64,000 nt of DNA, from assembly GCA_944382995.1 (NCBI GenBank), contig CALWOF010000002.1, positions 30,944 to 94,943 of the forward strand. Direction: 5' to 3'. This document shows, piece by piece, positions 30,537-39,334 of the stretch (the stretch's first letter is position 1; every line of letters begins with the position of its first letter). The DNA comes from an uncultured Oscillospiraceae bacterium. GTDB lineage: Bacteria > Bacillota > Clostridia > Oscillospirales > Oscillospiraceae. A program made the position numbers and the translations under genes. The notes under the pieces are model-generated. The model was not told the DNA's origin, made no database searches, and saw nothing but the letters and a program-made list of their open reading frames with translations.

Positions 30537-31781
30537 TCATCGTTTCGCCGCCAAGGGCAGCGTCACGAGGAAGGTGATGACGCCGCCCTCGTACCGGACG
30601 GTGATCCGACCGCGGTGCCGGGCCACGATGGCCTTTGCTGTGGACAGCCCGATGCCATAGCCGCCGGTGCTCCTGGCCCGGGAGGAGTCCGCCCGGTAGA
30701 AGCGGTCAAAGTAGCGCGGCAGCTGTCTGGGATCCAGGTCCTCGCAGGGATTGGACACCAGAAGGCAGGCGCTTCTTCCCCGCCGGGACAGGGAGAGCAC
30801 GATGGTCCCGCCGGGGTCGCAGTACTTCACCCCGTTGTCCAGCAGGATGGAGAGCAGGCGGAACAGGTCGTCCTGCACGCCCTCCACCTCCACGCCGGGG
30901 GTGATCTCCGGGATCAGCGCCTTCCCGGCGGCCTCCGCCAGGGGGATGAACGCCTCTGCGCCGGCCTCCGCCGCGTCGCTGAGGGAGAAGGCCGTCACAG
31001 TCTCGTGTTTGACCGCTTCCTCCGTCCGGGCCAGCTCCACCAGATTGCGGATGAGCTTGTCCAGGCGGGTGACCTGCCCCTGGGCGCTCCGAAGCCACCG
31101 GTCCTCCGGCAGGGCCTCCTCCAGCATCCCCAGGTCCGCCGACAAAATGGCCAGCGGCGTCTTCAGCTCGTGAGAGGCATCGGTGACGAACTGCCGCTGC
31201 CGCTCCAGGTTCTCCGCGAAGGGCCGGATGGCCCGGCGGGAGAAAAAGGCCAGCAGCAAAAACACGATCCCCGCGCAGGCCAGCGCCACCAGCAGCGTCA
31301 CCCGCAGCATGTTATAGGCGGACTGGAGCTGCAGGAAGCAGTCCAGCACAATCACCGTGCTGCCGCCCCCCTGATCTTCAAAGACGCCGAAGCGGTAGTA
31401 CTCCACATAGCCCCGGCTGCCGCCGTCCGCCAGGATGTCGTTGACGCACTCCACCACGGTCTGCCGGTCCAGGGCGGCGATGTGGTCCGTGTCCACCGTC
31501 TGCACCTCCCGGCGGTCCGTCAGCTCCACGATGAAGTACCGGGTCTCAAAGGGGGTCTCCGGGGTCACCTGGAACTCCGGCGCGCCGGAGGGGTCCGGCC
31601 GGGCCTCCGGCGGCGATGGGAACTCCCCGCTGTTCTGGTAGAGAAGGTCGATGGCCCGGTCCGCCCGGTCCGCGGTGATATATGCGTTTCCCGCGGCAAT
31701 GGCCCCGCAGAGAACGGTCAGCGTCCCCAGCAGGGAGAGCATGGCGATGGCGATGAACTTCCGCCGCAGTGTCCGGATCAT
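30537..31781 (-). CDS. sensor histidine kinase
   Basis: two TMs; H-box DASHELKTPL; LLDNGVKY; FDRFYRAD; GYGIGLS. Confidence 0.93.
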   Translation of the reverse strand: MIRTLRRKFIAIAMLSLLGTLTVLCGAIAAGNAYITADRADRAIDLLYQNSGEFPSPPEARPDPSGAPEFQVTPETPFETRYFIVELTDRREVQTVDTDHIAALDRQTVVECVNDILADGGSRGYVEYYRFGVFEDQGGGSTVIVLDCFLQLQSAYNMLRVTLLVALACAGIVFLLLAFFSRRAIRPFAENLERQRQFVTDASHELKTPLAILSADLGMLEEALPEDRWLRSAQGQVTRLDKLIRNLVELARTEEAVKHETVTAFSLSDAAEAGAEAFIPLAEAAGKALIPEITPGVEVEGVQDDLFRLLSILLDNGVKYCDPGGTIVLSLSRRGRSACLLVSNPCEDLDPRQLPRYFDRFYRADSSRARSTGGYGIGLSTAKAIVARHRGRITVRYEGGVITFLVTLPLAAKR

Positions 31782-32452
31782 GGGATCTCCTCCAGAAGAT
31801 AGCCGAACCCCCGCCGGGTGGCGATGCGGACGTTGGCGCCGACAGCCTCCAGCTTCTTGCGGATATAGGAGATGTACGCCCAGACCACGCTGGTCTCCGC
31901 GTCGCTGTCGTAGCCCCAGATCCGCTCCATGAACTGCTCCGTGGTGATGACCCTGCCCTGCTGACGCATCAGCAGCTCCAGCATCTGGAACTCCCGGTTC
32001 CCCAGGCGGATGGAGCTGGCGCCGCACCGCAGCTCAAAGGCGGCGCAGTCCAGCGAGATGTTCCCCGCCGTGAGGACGCTGGGCGTGTACGACTGTCCCC
32101 GCCGGGTCAGGGCCCGGACCCGGGCCAGGAATTCCCCGTTGTGGAAGGGCTTTGCCAGATAGTCGTCCGCCCCCCGGTCCAGGCCGGTGATCTTGTCCTC
32201 CACCTGTCCTCTGGCGGTCAGCAGCAGCACCGGCGTGGACACGTTCTGTGCCCGCAGGGCCGATACCACCTGCAGTCCGTCCAGCTTGGGCATCATGATG
32301 TCCAGCACCAGACAGTCGTAGTTGTCCGCCAGACCGTAGTCCAGGGCGTCCCGGCCGTCGTGGACCACGTCCACAGAGTAGTTCTCCCGGCGCAGCAGCG
32401 CCTCCAGCACCGCCGTCATCTCCGGCTCGTCATCTGCGATCAGAACCCGCAT
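31778..32452 (-). CDS. OmpR family response regulator
   Basis: ADDE, LDIMMPKLDG, GADDYLAKPF, winged-helix TRRGFGY. Confidence 0.95.
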   Translation of the reverse strand: MRVLIADDEPEMTAVLEALLRRENYSVDVVHDGRDALDYGLADNYDCLVLDIMMPKLDGLQVVSALRAQNVSTPVLLLTARGQVEDKITGLDRGADDYLAKPFHNGEFLARVRALTRRGQSYTPSVLTAGNISLDCAAFELRCGASSIRLGNREFQMLELLMRQQGRVITTEQFMERIWGYDSDAETSVVWAYISYIRKKLEAVGANVRIATRRGFGYLLEEIP

Positions 32453-32468
32453 CGAAGATCCTCCCCCT

Positions 32469-33110
32469 TCATTTCAGCGTCTCGATCAGCTCCCGGATGG
32501 TCTGCAGGGACAGGTCCGTGGATGCGATCTCGTCCGCGCACCGCTTGAGCTCCTGCACGATGAGCTTTTGCTCGGGCACCTCCCGCTTGTACTTCACCCG
32601 GTGCTCGATGCTGGCCCAGCAGTCCATGGCGATGGTCCGCAGCTGCACCTCCAGCCAGACGGGCTCCGCCGGTGCCTCCGGCAGAAACCGCAGCGGCAGC
32701 GTCACCACCATATGAAAGCTCCGGTAGCCGTTGGGCTTGGGCGAGCGGATATAGTCCTTCTCCCTGTGGATCCGGATGCCCGGGATCGCCCGGATCAGGT
32801 CCGCCGTCCGGTAGATGTCCTCCACAAAGGGGCACACCAGCCGGACGCCGGCGGCGTCCCGGATCTCCGACAGTGCGGTCTCCGCCGTCTCCGGCAGGCT
32901 CCGGCGCCGCAGCTTCTCCCGCATGCTGGAGGCGCGCTTGATCCGCGCCTGCCAGGAGGAGACAGGATCGCTCCTGCCGAGGCTCACCTGATACCGCCGG
33001 ATCATCTCCATACAGGAGAGAAATTCCAGAATGATCCCCTCCAGCAGGATGAGACCGCCCCCGTAAAAGTCCCGCTCTGCAGCGGTGACGTCGATCATAA
33101 AATCGTCCAT
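32469..33110 (-). CDS. small alarmone synthetase (RelA_SpoT domain, RelP/RelQ-like GTP pyrophosphokinase)
   Basis: RIK..SS..KL, DAAGVRLVC, DYI..PKPNGYRSFH, EVQLRTIAMDCWASIEH. Confidence 0.9.
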   Translation of the reverse strand: MDDFMIDVTAAERDFYGGGLILLEGIILEFLSCMEMIRRYQVSLGRSDPVSSWQARIKRASSMREKLRRRSLPETAETALSEIRDAAGVRLVCPFVEDIYRTADLIRAIPGIRIHREKDYIRSPKPNGYRSFHMVVTLPLRFLPEAPAEPVWLEVQLRTIAMDCWASIEHRVKYKREVPEQKLIVQELKRCADEIASTDLSLQTIRELIETLK

Positions 33111-33129
33111 GGGCCTTCTCCGCTCCGCC

Positions 33130-33642
33130 TCATCCGGCCAGCCGCAGGGCGCACTGCATGCCCGCCGCGCCGACGGTGAACTGCAGCGCCACCGCCTGTG
33201 TATCCGCCCGGGTGGTCACATAGCCGTCGCCGGTCTCATCGGTGGAGGCGTCGATCACCGCGCCGGTGGAGAAGTGGAGCGTTGTGTGCCCCCGCTCCCG
33301 GTCCTTCCCGTCATAGAGCGTCAGGTCCACGGTGCCCTCCCGGGGCAGGCCGGACACCCGGATCTCCCCGGTCTCGTCCAGAGCAAAGCTGGCGCGGGCA
33401 TCCTCCACCGCCAGGCTGGCCTCTCCCTCAAAGATGGCCGTGCCGCTCTCGCTGCGGAAGCGGGCAGAGACCGCCACTGATCCCTCAGATGTCTCCGCCT
33501 CCGGAAAGGGCTCGTACTCCAGCGCCGTGACCGGGATATCGGCCTCCCCGTCAGCGGGGGGCTCCGCCTCCTTGCACCCGCCCAGCAGCAGACACGCCAG
33601 CAGAACGGCACTCAGCCACACACGCCCGTGGGATCGTCTCAT
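33130..33642 (-). CDS. hypothetical lipoprotein
   Basis: signal peptide with lipobox LGGC; AGGAGG RBS; first gene of the TCS operon. Confidence 0.7.
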   Translation of the reverse strand: MRRSHGRVWLSAVLLACLLLGGCKEAEPPADGEADIPVTALEYEPFPEAETSEGSVAVSARFRSESGTAIFEGEASLAVEDARASFALDETGEIRVSGLPREGTVDLTLYDGKDRERGHTTLHFSTGAVIDASTDETGDGYVTTRADTQAVALQFTVGAAGMQCALRLAG

Positions 33643-33680
33643 CTTGTCTCCGCCTCCTTGTCCGGTGTCTTTCTGGCCCC

Positions 33681-33769
33681 ATGATAGCAGGACTTCTCAA
33701 AATGAACCTTAAAACTTTCCGGAGGCCGCTTTTCTTTTTAAGTTTTCTTTTAGGCTCCGGGATTATATT
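33681..33769. promoter_or_regulatory. two divergent promoters, each with the direct-repeat box
   Basis: minus: TTTAAG-N5-TTTTGA-N10-TATCAT (33713-33681); plus: TTTAAG-N5-TTTTAG-N10-TATATT (33737-33769). Confidence 0.7.
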
Positions 33770-33823
33770 GGAGCAAACCGGACGTATGTCTTTTATTCAT
33801 CTGTATCAAGGGAGGTCGCTGTC

Positions 33824-34792
33824 ATGCTATATCACCATCCAAACCGTGTTCCTTCCGCCGCCCCCGTCAGGCGGCACATCCGCCGGCTGGTCCGCCGGCT
33901 GGCATCCCTCTGTCTCAGCGGGGCGATCCTTGGCGGCGCTGCCGCCTGCGCCTTTTCCGGTGTCTCCGGAGTGCTGGCGGATGGCGGCGCGGACTCCGCG
34001 CCCCAGACGTACCTCTCCGCCTCCGCCGCCGCTCTGGACCTGACGGATGCCGCCCGGAAAGGCGGGCTGGACGTGTCGGACATCGCGGAGGAGGCCCTCC
34101 CCTCCGTGGTGTCCATCACCAACATCTCCGTCCAGGAGCTGCGGCAGTACTACGGCTGGTTCGGCTTCAACGGGGAGTGGCGGACGATCCAGCGGGAGAC
34201 CTCCAGCTGCGGCTCCGGCGTCATCGTGGCCCGGTCGGCCTCCGCCCTCTATATCGTCACCAACTACCATGTCATCGAGGGGGCCAGGACCCTCTCCGTG
34301 GGCTTTGCGGACGGCGCCGCCGCTGAGGCGGAGGTGGTCGGGTCTGACGCGGACCTGGATCTCGCGGTCATCAAGGTGGGCCTCAGCAGTCTCTCCGCCG
34401 ACACCCGTGCCGCCATCGCCGTGGCGGAGTTCGGCGACTCCTCCGCCCTGAAGGTCGGCAATCAGGTGGTGGCCATTGGCAACGCCCTGGGCTACGGGCA
34501 ATCTGTGACCACCGGCATCGTCAGCGCCGTGGAGCGCTCCGTCACCACCGGCACGGACGATGCCGGCGAGCCCGTCACCTCCACCTATATCCAGACGGAT
34601 GCGGCCATCAACCCCGGCAACAGCGGCGGCGCCCTGCTGAACATGGACGGGGAGCTGGTTGGCATCAACTCGGCCAAGGTCTCCTCGGAGGAGGTGGAGG
34701 GCATGGGATACGCCATCCCCGGTGATCAGGTCCGGAGCGTGATCTCCGCCATGATCCCCGCCTCCGCCTTCTCCGGCGGCACGGCGGTGTGA
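33824..34792 (+). CDS. HtrA-like trypsin serine protease lacking a PDZ domain
   Basis: TNYHVI, DLAVIK, IQTDAAINPGNSGGAL; ORF ends shortly after GMGYAIP. Confidence 0.9.
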   Translation: MLYHHPNRVPSAAPVRRHIRRLVRRLASLCLSGAILGGAAACAFSGVSGVLADGGADSAPQTYLSASAAALDLTDAARKGGLDVSDIAEEALPSVVSITNISVQELRQYYGWFGFNGEWRTIQRETSSCGSGVIVARSASALYIVTNYHVIEGARTLSVGFADGAAAEAEVVGSDADLDLAVIKVGLSSLSADTRAAIAVAEFGDSSALKVGNQVVAIGNALGYGQSVTTGIVSAVERSVTTGTDDAGEPVTSTYIQTDAAINPGNSGGALLNMDGELVGINSAKVSSEEVEGMGYAIPGDQVRSVISAMIPASAFSGGTAV

Positions 34793-34881
34793 GCGGGCGC
34801 GGAGAAGGCGAATAGGCGTGCGCCTTTCATCGCACCGGAAAAAGCACCCGGGGCCGCTGCGGCGCAGCGGCCCCGGGTGCT

Positions 34882-35106
34882 CAGCTTGTCGAAAAGGCTT
34901 TTTCGACAAGCTGAGCAAGTTTTCAGAACTTCCGAAAAGTTCTGAAAACTTTTGATTTCAATGGCGCAGGACACCCTTCCTGGGTTTATCTCCGCGCCAA
35001 GAGCCGCCGCTTATGCGGCGGTTGCGCTCCGAAACGCCCCTGCGGGGGCAGCCGCGCACACCCTTCCTTCCCGTAATCCAAGATTTCCGGGTTTATCGAC
35101 AGACTG
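34882..35106. mobile_element. non-autonomous MITE-like element flanked by 38-bp direct repeats of a terminator hairpin
   Basis: imperfect TIRs CAGCTTGTCGAAAA / TTATCGACAGACTG; identical 38-mers at 34844-34881 and 35108-35145. Confidence 0.7.
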
Positions 35107-35206
35107 GGCACCCGGGGCCGCTGCGGCGCAGCGGCCCCGGGTGCTTTCAGCAGCAGTCGGCGCGGGACGATCCGCTTTGGATCAGGCCGTTTTCGGCGGA
35201 CCCGCT

Positions 35207-36937
35207 CTACTCCTCGTCCTGGAGGGCGTCGTACCCGGTCTCGCCGGTGCGGACCTTGACCACGTTCTCCACGTCGTAGACGAAGATCTTGCCGTCGCCT
35301 ACCTGCCCGGTGTACAGTGCCTGCCTGGCGGCCTCCACCAGCGTCTCCGCGGGGATCCTGGAGATGACCACGTCGATCTTCATCTTGGGCAGCAGCCGCG
35401 CCTCCACCGGCGCGCCCCGGTAATAGGTCCGGTGGCCCTTCTGGACACCATAGCCGAACACGTTGGTGACCGTCATGCCGGTGACGCCCAGCTTCTCCAG
35501 CGCCTCCTGCAGCTGGGCGAACCGGGACGGGTTGGTGACGATAGACACCTTCGTCAGCTTGGGGTCGGCCGTTCCGGCGGGCACCGTCCGGCGGACCACC
35601 GGCACCGCCTCCTCGCAGCCCACCGGAGCGGGCTGGGCGGACGCTGTCTCCTCCGACGCGAACTCACCGATGGAGGCCGGGGCCGCGAAGTCGGGATAGG
35701 CCACGTTGCCGTGCTCGCCGATGTCCAGACCCGCCAGCTCCTCCTCCCGGGACACCCGGATGCCCACCGTGTGCTTGAGCACCAGCCACACCAGGCCGGA
35801 GGAGAGGAACACGAAGGCGCCGATGGCGGCGACGCCCAGCAGCTGCACCGTCAGCAGGGAGGTCCCGCCGCCGTAGAACAGGCCGTCGGCCGAGGAGAGC
35901 GTGGTGACGCCCTCCTTGGCGAAGAGGCCCACACAGACAGTGCCGAACACGCCGCAGCCCAGGTGGACGGAGGTGGCGCCCACGGGGTCGTCGATGTGGA
36001 TGCGGTCGAAGAACACCACCAGAAACACCACCAGCACGCCGGAGAGGGCCCCCACCAGCAGAGAGACCTCCACGGTGAAGTAGGCGCAGCCGCCGGTGAC
36101 GGCCACCAGCCCGGCCAGGCATCCGTTGACGGTCATGCCCAGGTCCGGCTTGCCCAGAAAGACCCAGGCGGTGATGGTGGAGGTCAGCACCGCCGCGATG
36201 GCGGAGGTGTTGGTGGTCATCAGGATGTGCATCACGTCGGACGGGGTCTCGAAGCTCATGGTGGAGCCGGGGTTGAAGCCGAACCAGCCCAGCCACAGGA
36301 CGAACAGGCCGATCACCGCCAGGGACATGCTGTGGCCGGGGATGGCCCGGGGCTTTCCGTCCCGGCCGTACTTGCCGATCCGGGGGCCCAGGAGCAGGGC
36401 GCCGGCCAGGGCCGCCCAGCCGCCCACGGAGTGGACGGCACTGTCGCCGGCGAAGTCCAGGAAGCCCAGCTGGCTCAGCCAGCCGCCGCCCCAGATCCAG
36501 TGGCCCACGATGGGGTAGATCACCAGCGTCAGCACAAAGGAGAAGAGGATGAAGGAGATGTACTTGATCCGCTCGGCCACCGCGCCGGAGACGATGGTGG
36601 CTGCCGTGCCGCAGAACACCAGCTGGAAGAAGAACTTGCCCCAGAAGGGCACGGCGTCGGTCAGGGTGCCGTCGTAAAAGGACAGGTCCGACTGTCCCAG
36701 GATGAAGAGGTGCTCCGTGCCCACGAAGGGCGCGTCCCCGCCGAACATCAGCCCCCAGCCCAGCAGCAGGAAGCCCAGGGACGACACGGCGAACACGATG
36801 AAGTTCTTGGACAGGATGTTGACGGTGTTTTTGGCCCGGGCGAAGCCCGCCTCCACCGCCGCGAAGCCCAGGTTCATAAAGAACACCAGGATGGCCGCCA
36901 GGAATACCCACAGGGTGTCGATCACAGAAAATGTCAT
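35207..36937 (-). CDS. amt: ammonium transporter fused to a C-terminal PII (GlnB/GlnK) domain
   Basis: FFQLVF, IVSGAVAER, DFAGDSAVH, GWFGFNPGS, DDPVGATSVH; then GYGVQKG..YRG, LLPKMKID, GQVGDGKIFV, VRTGETG. Confidence 0.93.
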   Translation of the reverse strand: MTFSVIDTLWVFLAAILVFFMNLGFAAVEAGFARAKNTVNILSKNFIVFAVSSLGFLLLGWGLMFGGDAPFVGTEHLFILGQSDLSFYDGTLTDAVPFWGKFFFQLVFCGTAATIVSGAVAERIKYISFILFSFVLTLVIYPIVGHWIWGGGWLSQLGFLDFAGDSAVHSVGGWAALAGALLLGPRIGKYGRDGKPRAIPGHSMSLAVIGLFVLWLGWFGFNPGSTMSFETPSDVMHILMTTNTSAIAAVLTSTITAWVFLGKPDLGMTVNGCLAGLVAVTGGCAYFTVEVSLLVGALSGVLVVFLVVFFDRIHIDDPVGATSVHLGCGVFGTVCVGLFAKEGVTTLSSADGLFYGGGTSLLTVQLLGVAAIGAFVFLSSGLVWLVLKHTVGIRVSREEELAGLDIGEHGNVAYPDFAAPASIGEFASEETASAQPAPVGCEEAVPVVRRTVPAGTADPKLTKVSIVTNPSRFAQLQEALEKLGVTGMTVTNVFGYGVQKGHRTYYRGAPVEARLLPKMKIDVVISRIPAETLVEAARQALYTGQVGDGKIFVYDVENVVKVRTGETGYDALQDEE

Positions 36938-37002
36938 GTTGTTTCCTCCCTTCGGACGGCGGCCGCGCGCCCCGCCGCCCATGTCCCTCCGGCCCGGGCC
37001 GG

Positions 37003-37134
37003 AAAAAGGAGGCGCCCCCGCTTCCGTGAGCGGGACACGCCTCCTTGCGTATATCAAACAAGGCGCCGGGGGAACGATCCCTCGGCGCCTTTGCCTGATG
37101 GGCGGAGTATAGCCTACTTTGTGAGATCTGTCAA
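37003..37134 (-). promoter_or_regulatory. amt promoter and leader with two ANTAR-type hexaloop hairpins overlapping a terminator
   Basis: TTGACA-17-TATACT; GGC-AAAGGC-GCC (37095-37084); ACGC-AAGGAG-GCGT (37050-37037); terminator 37046-37003. Confidence 0.75.
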
Positions 37135-37244
37135 CCCGGCTCCCCACTTTTTGTAAACTCAAACAAAGATTTTTGGACCGGCAGGGGAATTTTAGCAGGT
37201 CCCACAAAATTTCCGTCTGCGGCTCTTTCAGAGGTGCAAGTGTC

Positions 37245-37323
37245 TTGACAACCGTGCCGCGCTGTCCGTATAATGATGTCACTGAGAGCAAAGGCGCCCT
37301 TTGGCGGTCCCCTTTGCTCTTTT
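37245..37323 (+). promoter_or_regulatory. glnA promoter and leader terminator with an ANTAR-type loop in its 5' arm
   Basis: TTGACA-18-TATAAT; GC-AAAGGC-GC (37288-37297) within AGAGCAAAGG...CCTTTGCTCTTTT. Confidence 0.7.
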
Positions 37324-37394
37324 TCCTTTTTTCAAAAATTTGCGGGGCGCGCACCCGCAGTCCATAGAGGACACGACAGGAAGGAGACAGATCC

Positions 37395-38714
37395 ATGGGT
37401 CATTACACCAAGGAGGACATCATCCGGCTGGTCCGGGAGGAGGATGTCCAGTTCATCCGCATGCAGTTCACGGACATCTTCGGCCAGCTGAAAAATGTGG
37501 CCGTCACCGCCTCCCAGCTCCGCCGGGCACTGGACGATCAGATCATGATGGACGGCAGCTCCATCGCGGGGTTCGTCCGGGTGGAGGAGTCGGACCAGTA
37601 CCTCTGGCCGGACCTGGACACCTTCGCCATCCTGCCCTGGCGGCCCCAGTACGGCAAGGTGGCCCGGCTGATCTGCGACGTCCACAATCCCGACGGCACC
37701 GCCTTTGCCGGCGATCCCCGGGGCGTGCTGAAGCGGGTGCTGGAACGGGCGGAGGCCATGGGCTTCACCTGCAACGTGGGAGCGGAGCTGGAGTTCTTCC
37801 TGTTCCAGACCGACGAGGACGGCCGCCCCACCACCCGGACCTCCGACGAGGCCGGCTACTTCGACCTGGGCCCCCTGGACCACGGGGAGGGCACCCGCCG
37901 GGAGATCTGCCTGAACTTAGAGCAGATGGGCCTGGCGGTGGAGGCCAGCCACCACGAGGTGGCGGCTGGCCAGCACGAAATCGACCTGCAGTACACGGAT
38001 GCCCTCCGGGCCGCGGACAACATCATGACCTTCAAGCTGGCGGTGAAGACCCTGGCTCAGAAGAACGGCCTCCACGCCACCTTCATGCCCAAGCCCGTCA
38101 GCGGCGCCGCCGGCAGCGGGATGCATGTGAACATGTCCCTGTTCCGGGACGGGAAGAACGCCTTCTGCGACGAGGCGGACCCCCGGCACCTGTCTCCCCT
38201 GGCCTATCAGTTCATCGCCGGGCTGCTGGGGCATGTGCGGGGCTGCTGCGCCGTCACCAACCCGCTGGTGAACAGCTACAAGCGGTTGGTGCCCGGCTAC
38301 GAGGCCCCCTGCCACCTGGCCTGGTCCACCGGCAACCGCTCCGCCCTGGTCCGCATCCCCACGCCCCGGGGAAGCGGCACCCGTGTGGAGCTGCGGAGCC
38401 CGGACCCCGCCTGCAACCCCTACCTGTCCCTGGCGGTATGCCTCGCCGCTGGGCTGGACGGGATCGAGCGGCAGCTGACGCCGCCGGAGCCCCTCAGCGG
38501 CAATCTCTACGAGCTGGGCGACGCCTCCGGCATCCAGCGCCTCCCCGGTTCTCTGGACGAGGCCATCCTGGCGCTGGAGGCGGACGGCGTCATCACCGGC
38601 GCCCTGGGCGCCCATGTGACGGAGCAGTATCTGGCCGGAAAGCGCCGGGAGTGCCGGGCCTACGCTGCCCAGGTGTCCCAGTGGGAGCTGGAGCAGTATC
38701 TGGTGACATACTGA
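37395..38714 (+). CDS. glnA: glutamine synthetase type I
   Basis: FTDIFGQLK, DGSSI, ELEFFLF, HHEVAAGQHEI, TFMPKP, NSYKRLVPGYEAP, RVELRSPDP. Confidence 0.95.
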   Translation: MGHYTKEDIIRLVREEDVQFIRMQFTDIFGQLKNVAVTASQLRRALDDQIMMDGSSIAGFVRVEESDQYLWPDLDTFAILPWRPQYGKVARLICDVHNPDGTAFAGDPRGVLKRVLERAEAMGFTCNVGAELEFFLFQTDEDGRPTTRTSDEAGYFDLGPLDHGEGTRREICLNLEQMGLAVEASHHEVAAGQHEIDLQYTDALRAADNIMTFKLAVKTLAQKNGLHATFMPKPVSGAAGSGMHVNMSLFRDGKNAFCDEADPRHLSPLAYQFIAGLLGHVRGCCAVTNPLVNSYKRLVPGYEAPCHLAWSTGNRSALVRIPTPRGSGTRVELRSPDPACNPYLSLAVCLAAGLDGIERQLTPPEPLSGNLYELGDASGIQRLPGSLDEAILALEADGVITGALGAHVTEQYLAGKRRECRAYAAQVSQWELEQYLVTY

Positions 38715-38753
38715 CCTTTTGAAAAGAGCCGCAGAGAGGAGGGGGCACAGCTC

Positions 38754-39299
38754 ATGGACAGGATCATACTGGCGTTTGCCTCTGAGCGAGCCCACGCCCA
38801 GCTCACCCGCACCCTGGGCTCCGGCGGCCTCGTACCCACCGTCTCCTGCTTCAGCGGCGCGGAGGCCATCCGGGCCGCCCGGAAGCTGGGGAGCGCCGTG
38901 GTCATCTGCGGCTTTCATCTGCGGGACATGACCGCGGAGCTGCTGGCCGCGGACCTCGCCGGGATCGCCCCGGTGCTGGTGGTCTCCTCTCCGGGGAACC
39001 TGGCGCTGTGCGGGGATGAAAACCTCATCAAGCTGGCGGTCCCCGCCACCCGGGCGGAGTTCTTCGCCTCGCTGGACCTGGCTCGGGGCGCCCTCACAGG
39101 CGCCGCCCCTGCGGCGCATCCCCAGGCCCGGCGGAGCGCCGGGGAGGAGCACCTGATCCGCCGAGCCAAGGCGGCGCTGATGGAGACCAACCTGATGAGC
39201 GAGGCGGAGGCCCACCGCTTTTTGCAGAAGTACAGCATGGACGCCGGGATGCGGCTGGCGGATACCGCCCGGCTGATCCTGGAGCGGTACACAGGCTGA
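38754..39299 (+). CDS. ANTAR domain antiterminator with degenerate receiver domain (NitR-like)
   Basis: IRRAKAALM...MSEAEAHRFLQKYSMD ANTAR motif; lies between glnA and gltB. Confidence 0.88.
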   Translation: MDRIILAFASERAHAQLTRTLGSGGLVPTVSCFSGAEAIRAARKLGSAVVICGFHLRDMTAELLAADLAGIAPVLVVSSPGNLALCGDENLIKLAVPATRAEFFASLDLARGALTGAAPAAHPQARRSAGEEHLIRRAKAALMETNLMSEAEAHRFLQKYSMDAGMRLADTARLILERYTG

Positions 39300-39334
39300 A
39301 AACAGACGATGAAACCACAAGGGAGGTGGTCCCG

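Noticed and set aside
34844-35145. 38-bp palindromic direct repeats as a CRISPR array
   Set aside because: Only two copies, a spacer over 200 bp with TIRs, and no cas genes; better explained as a target duplication.
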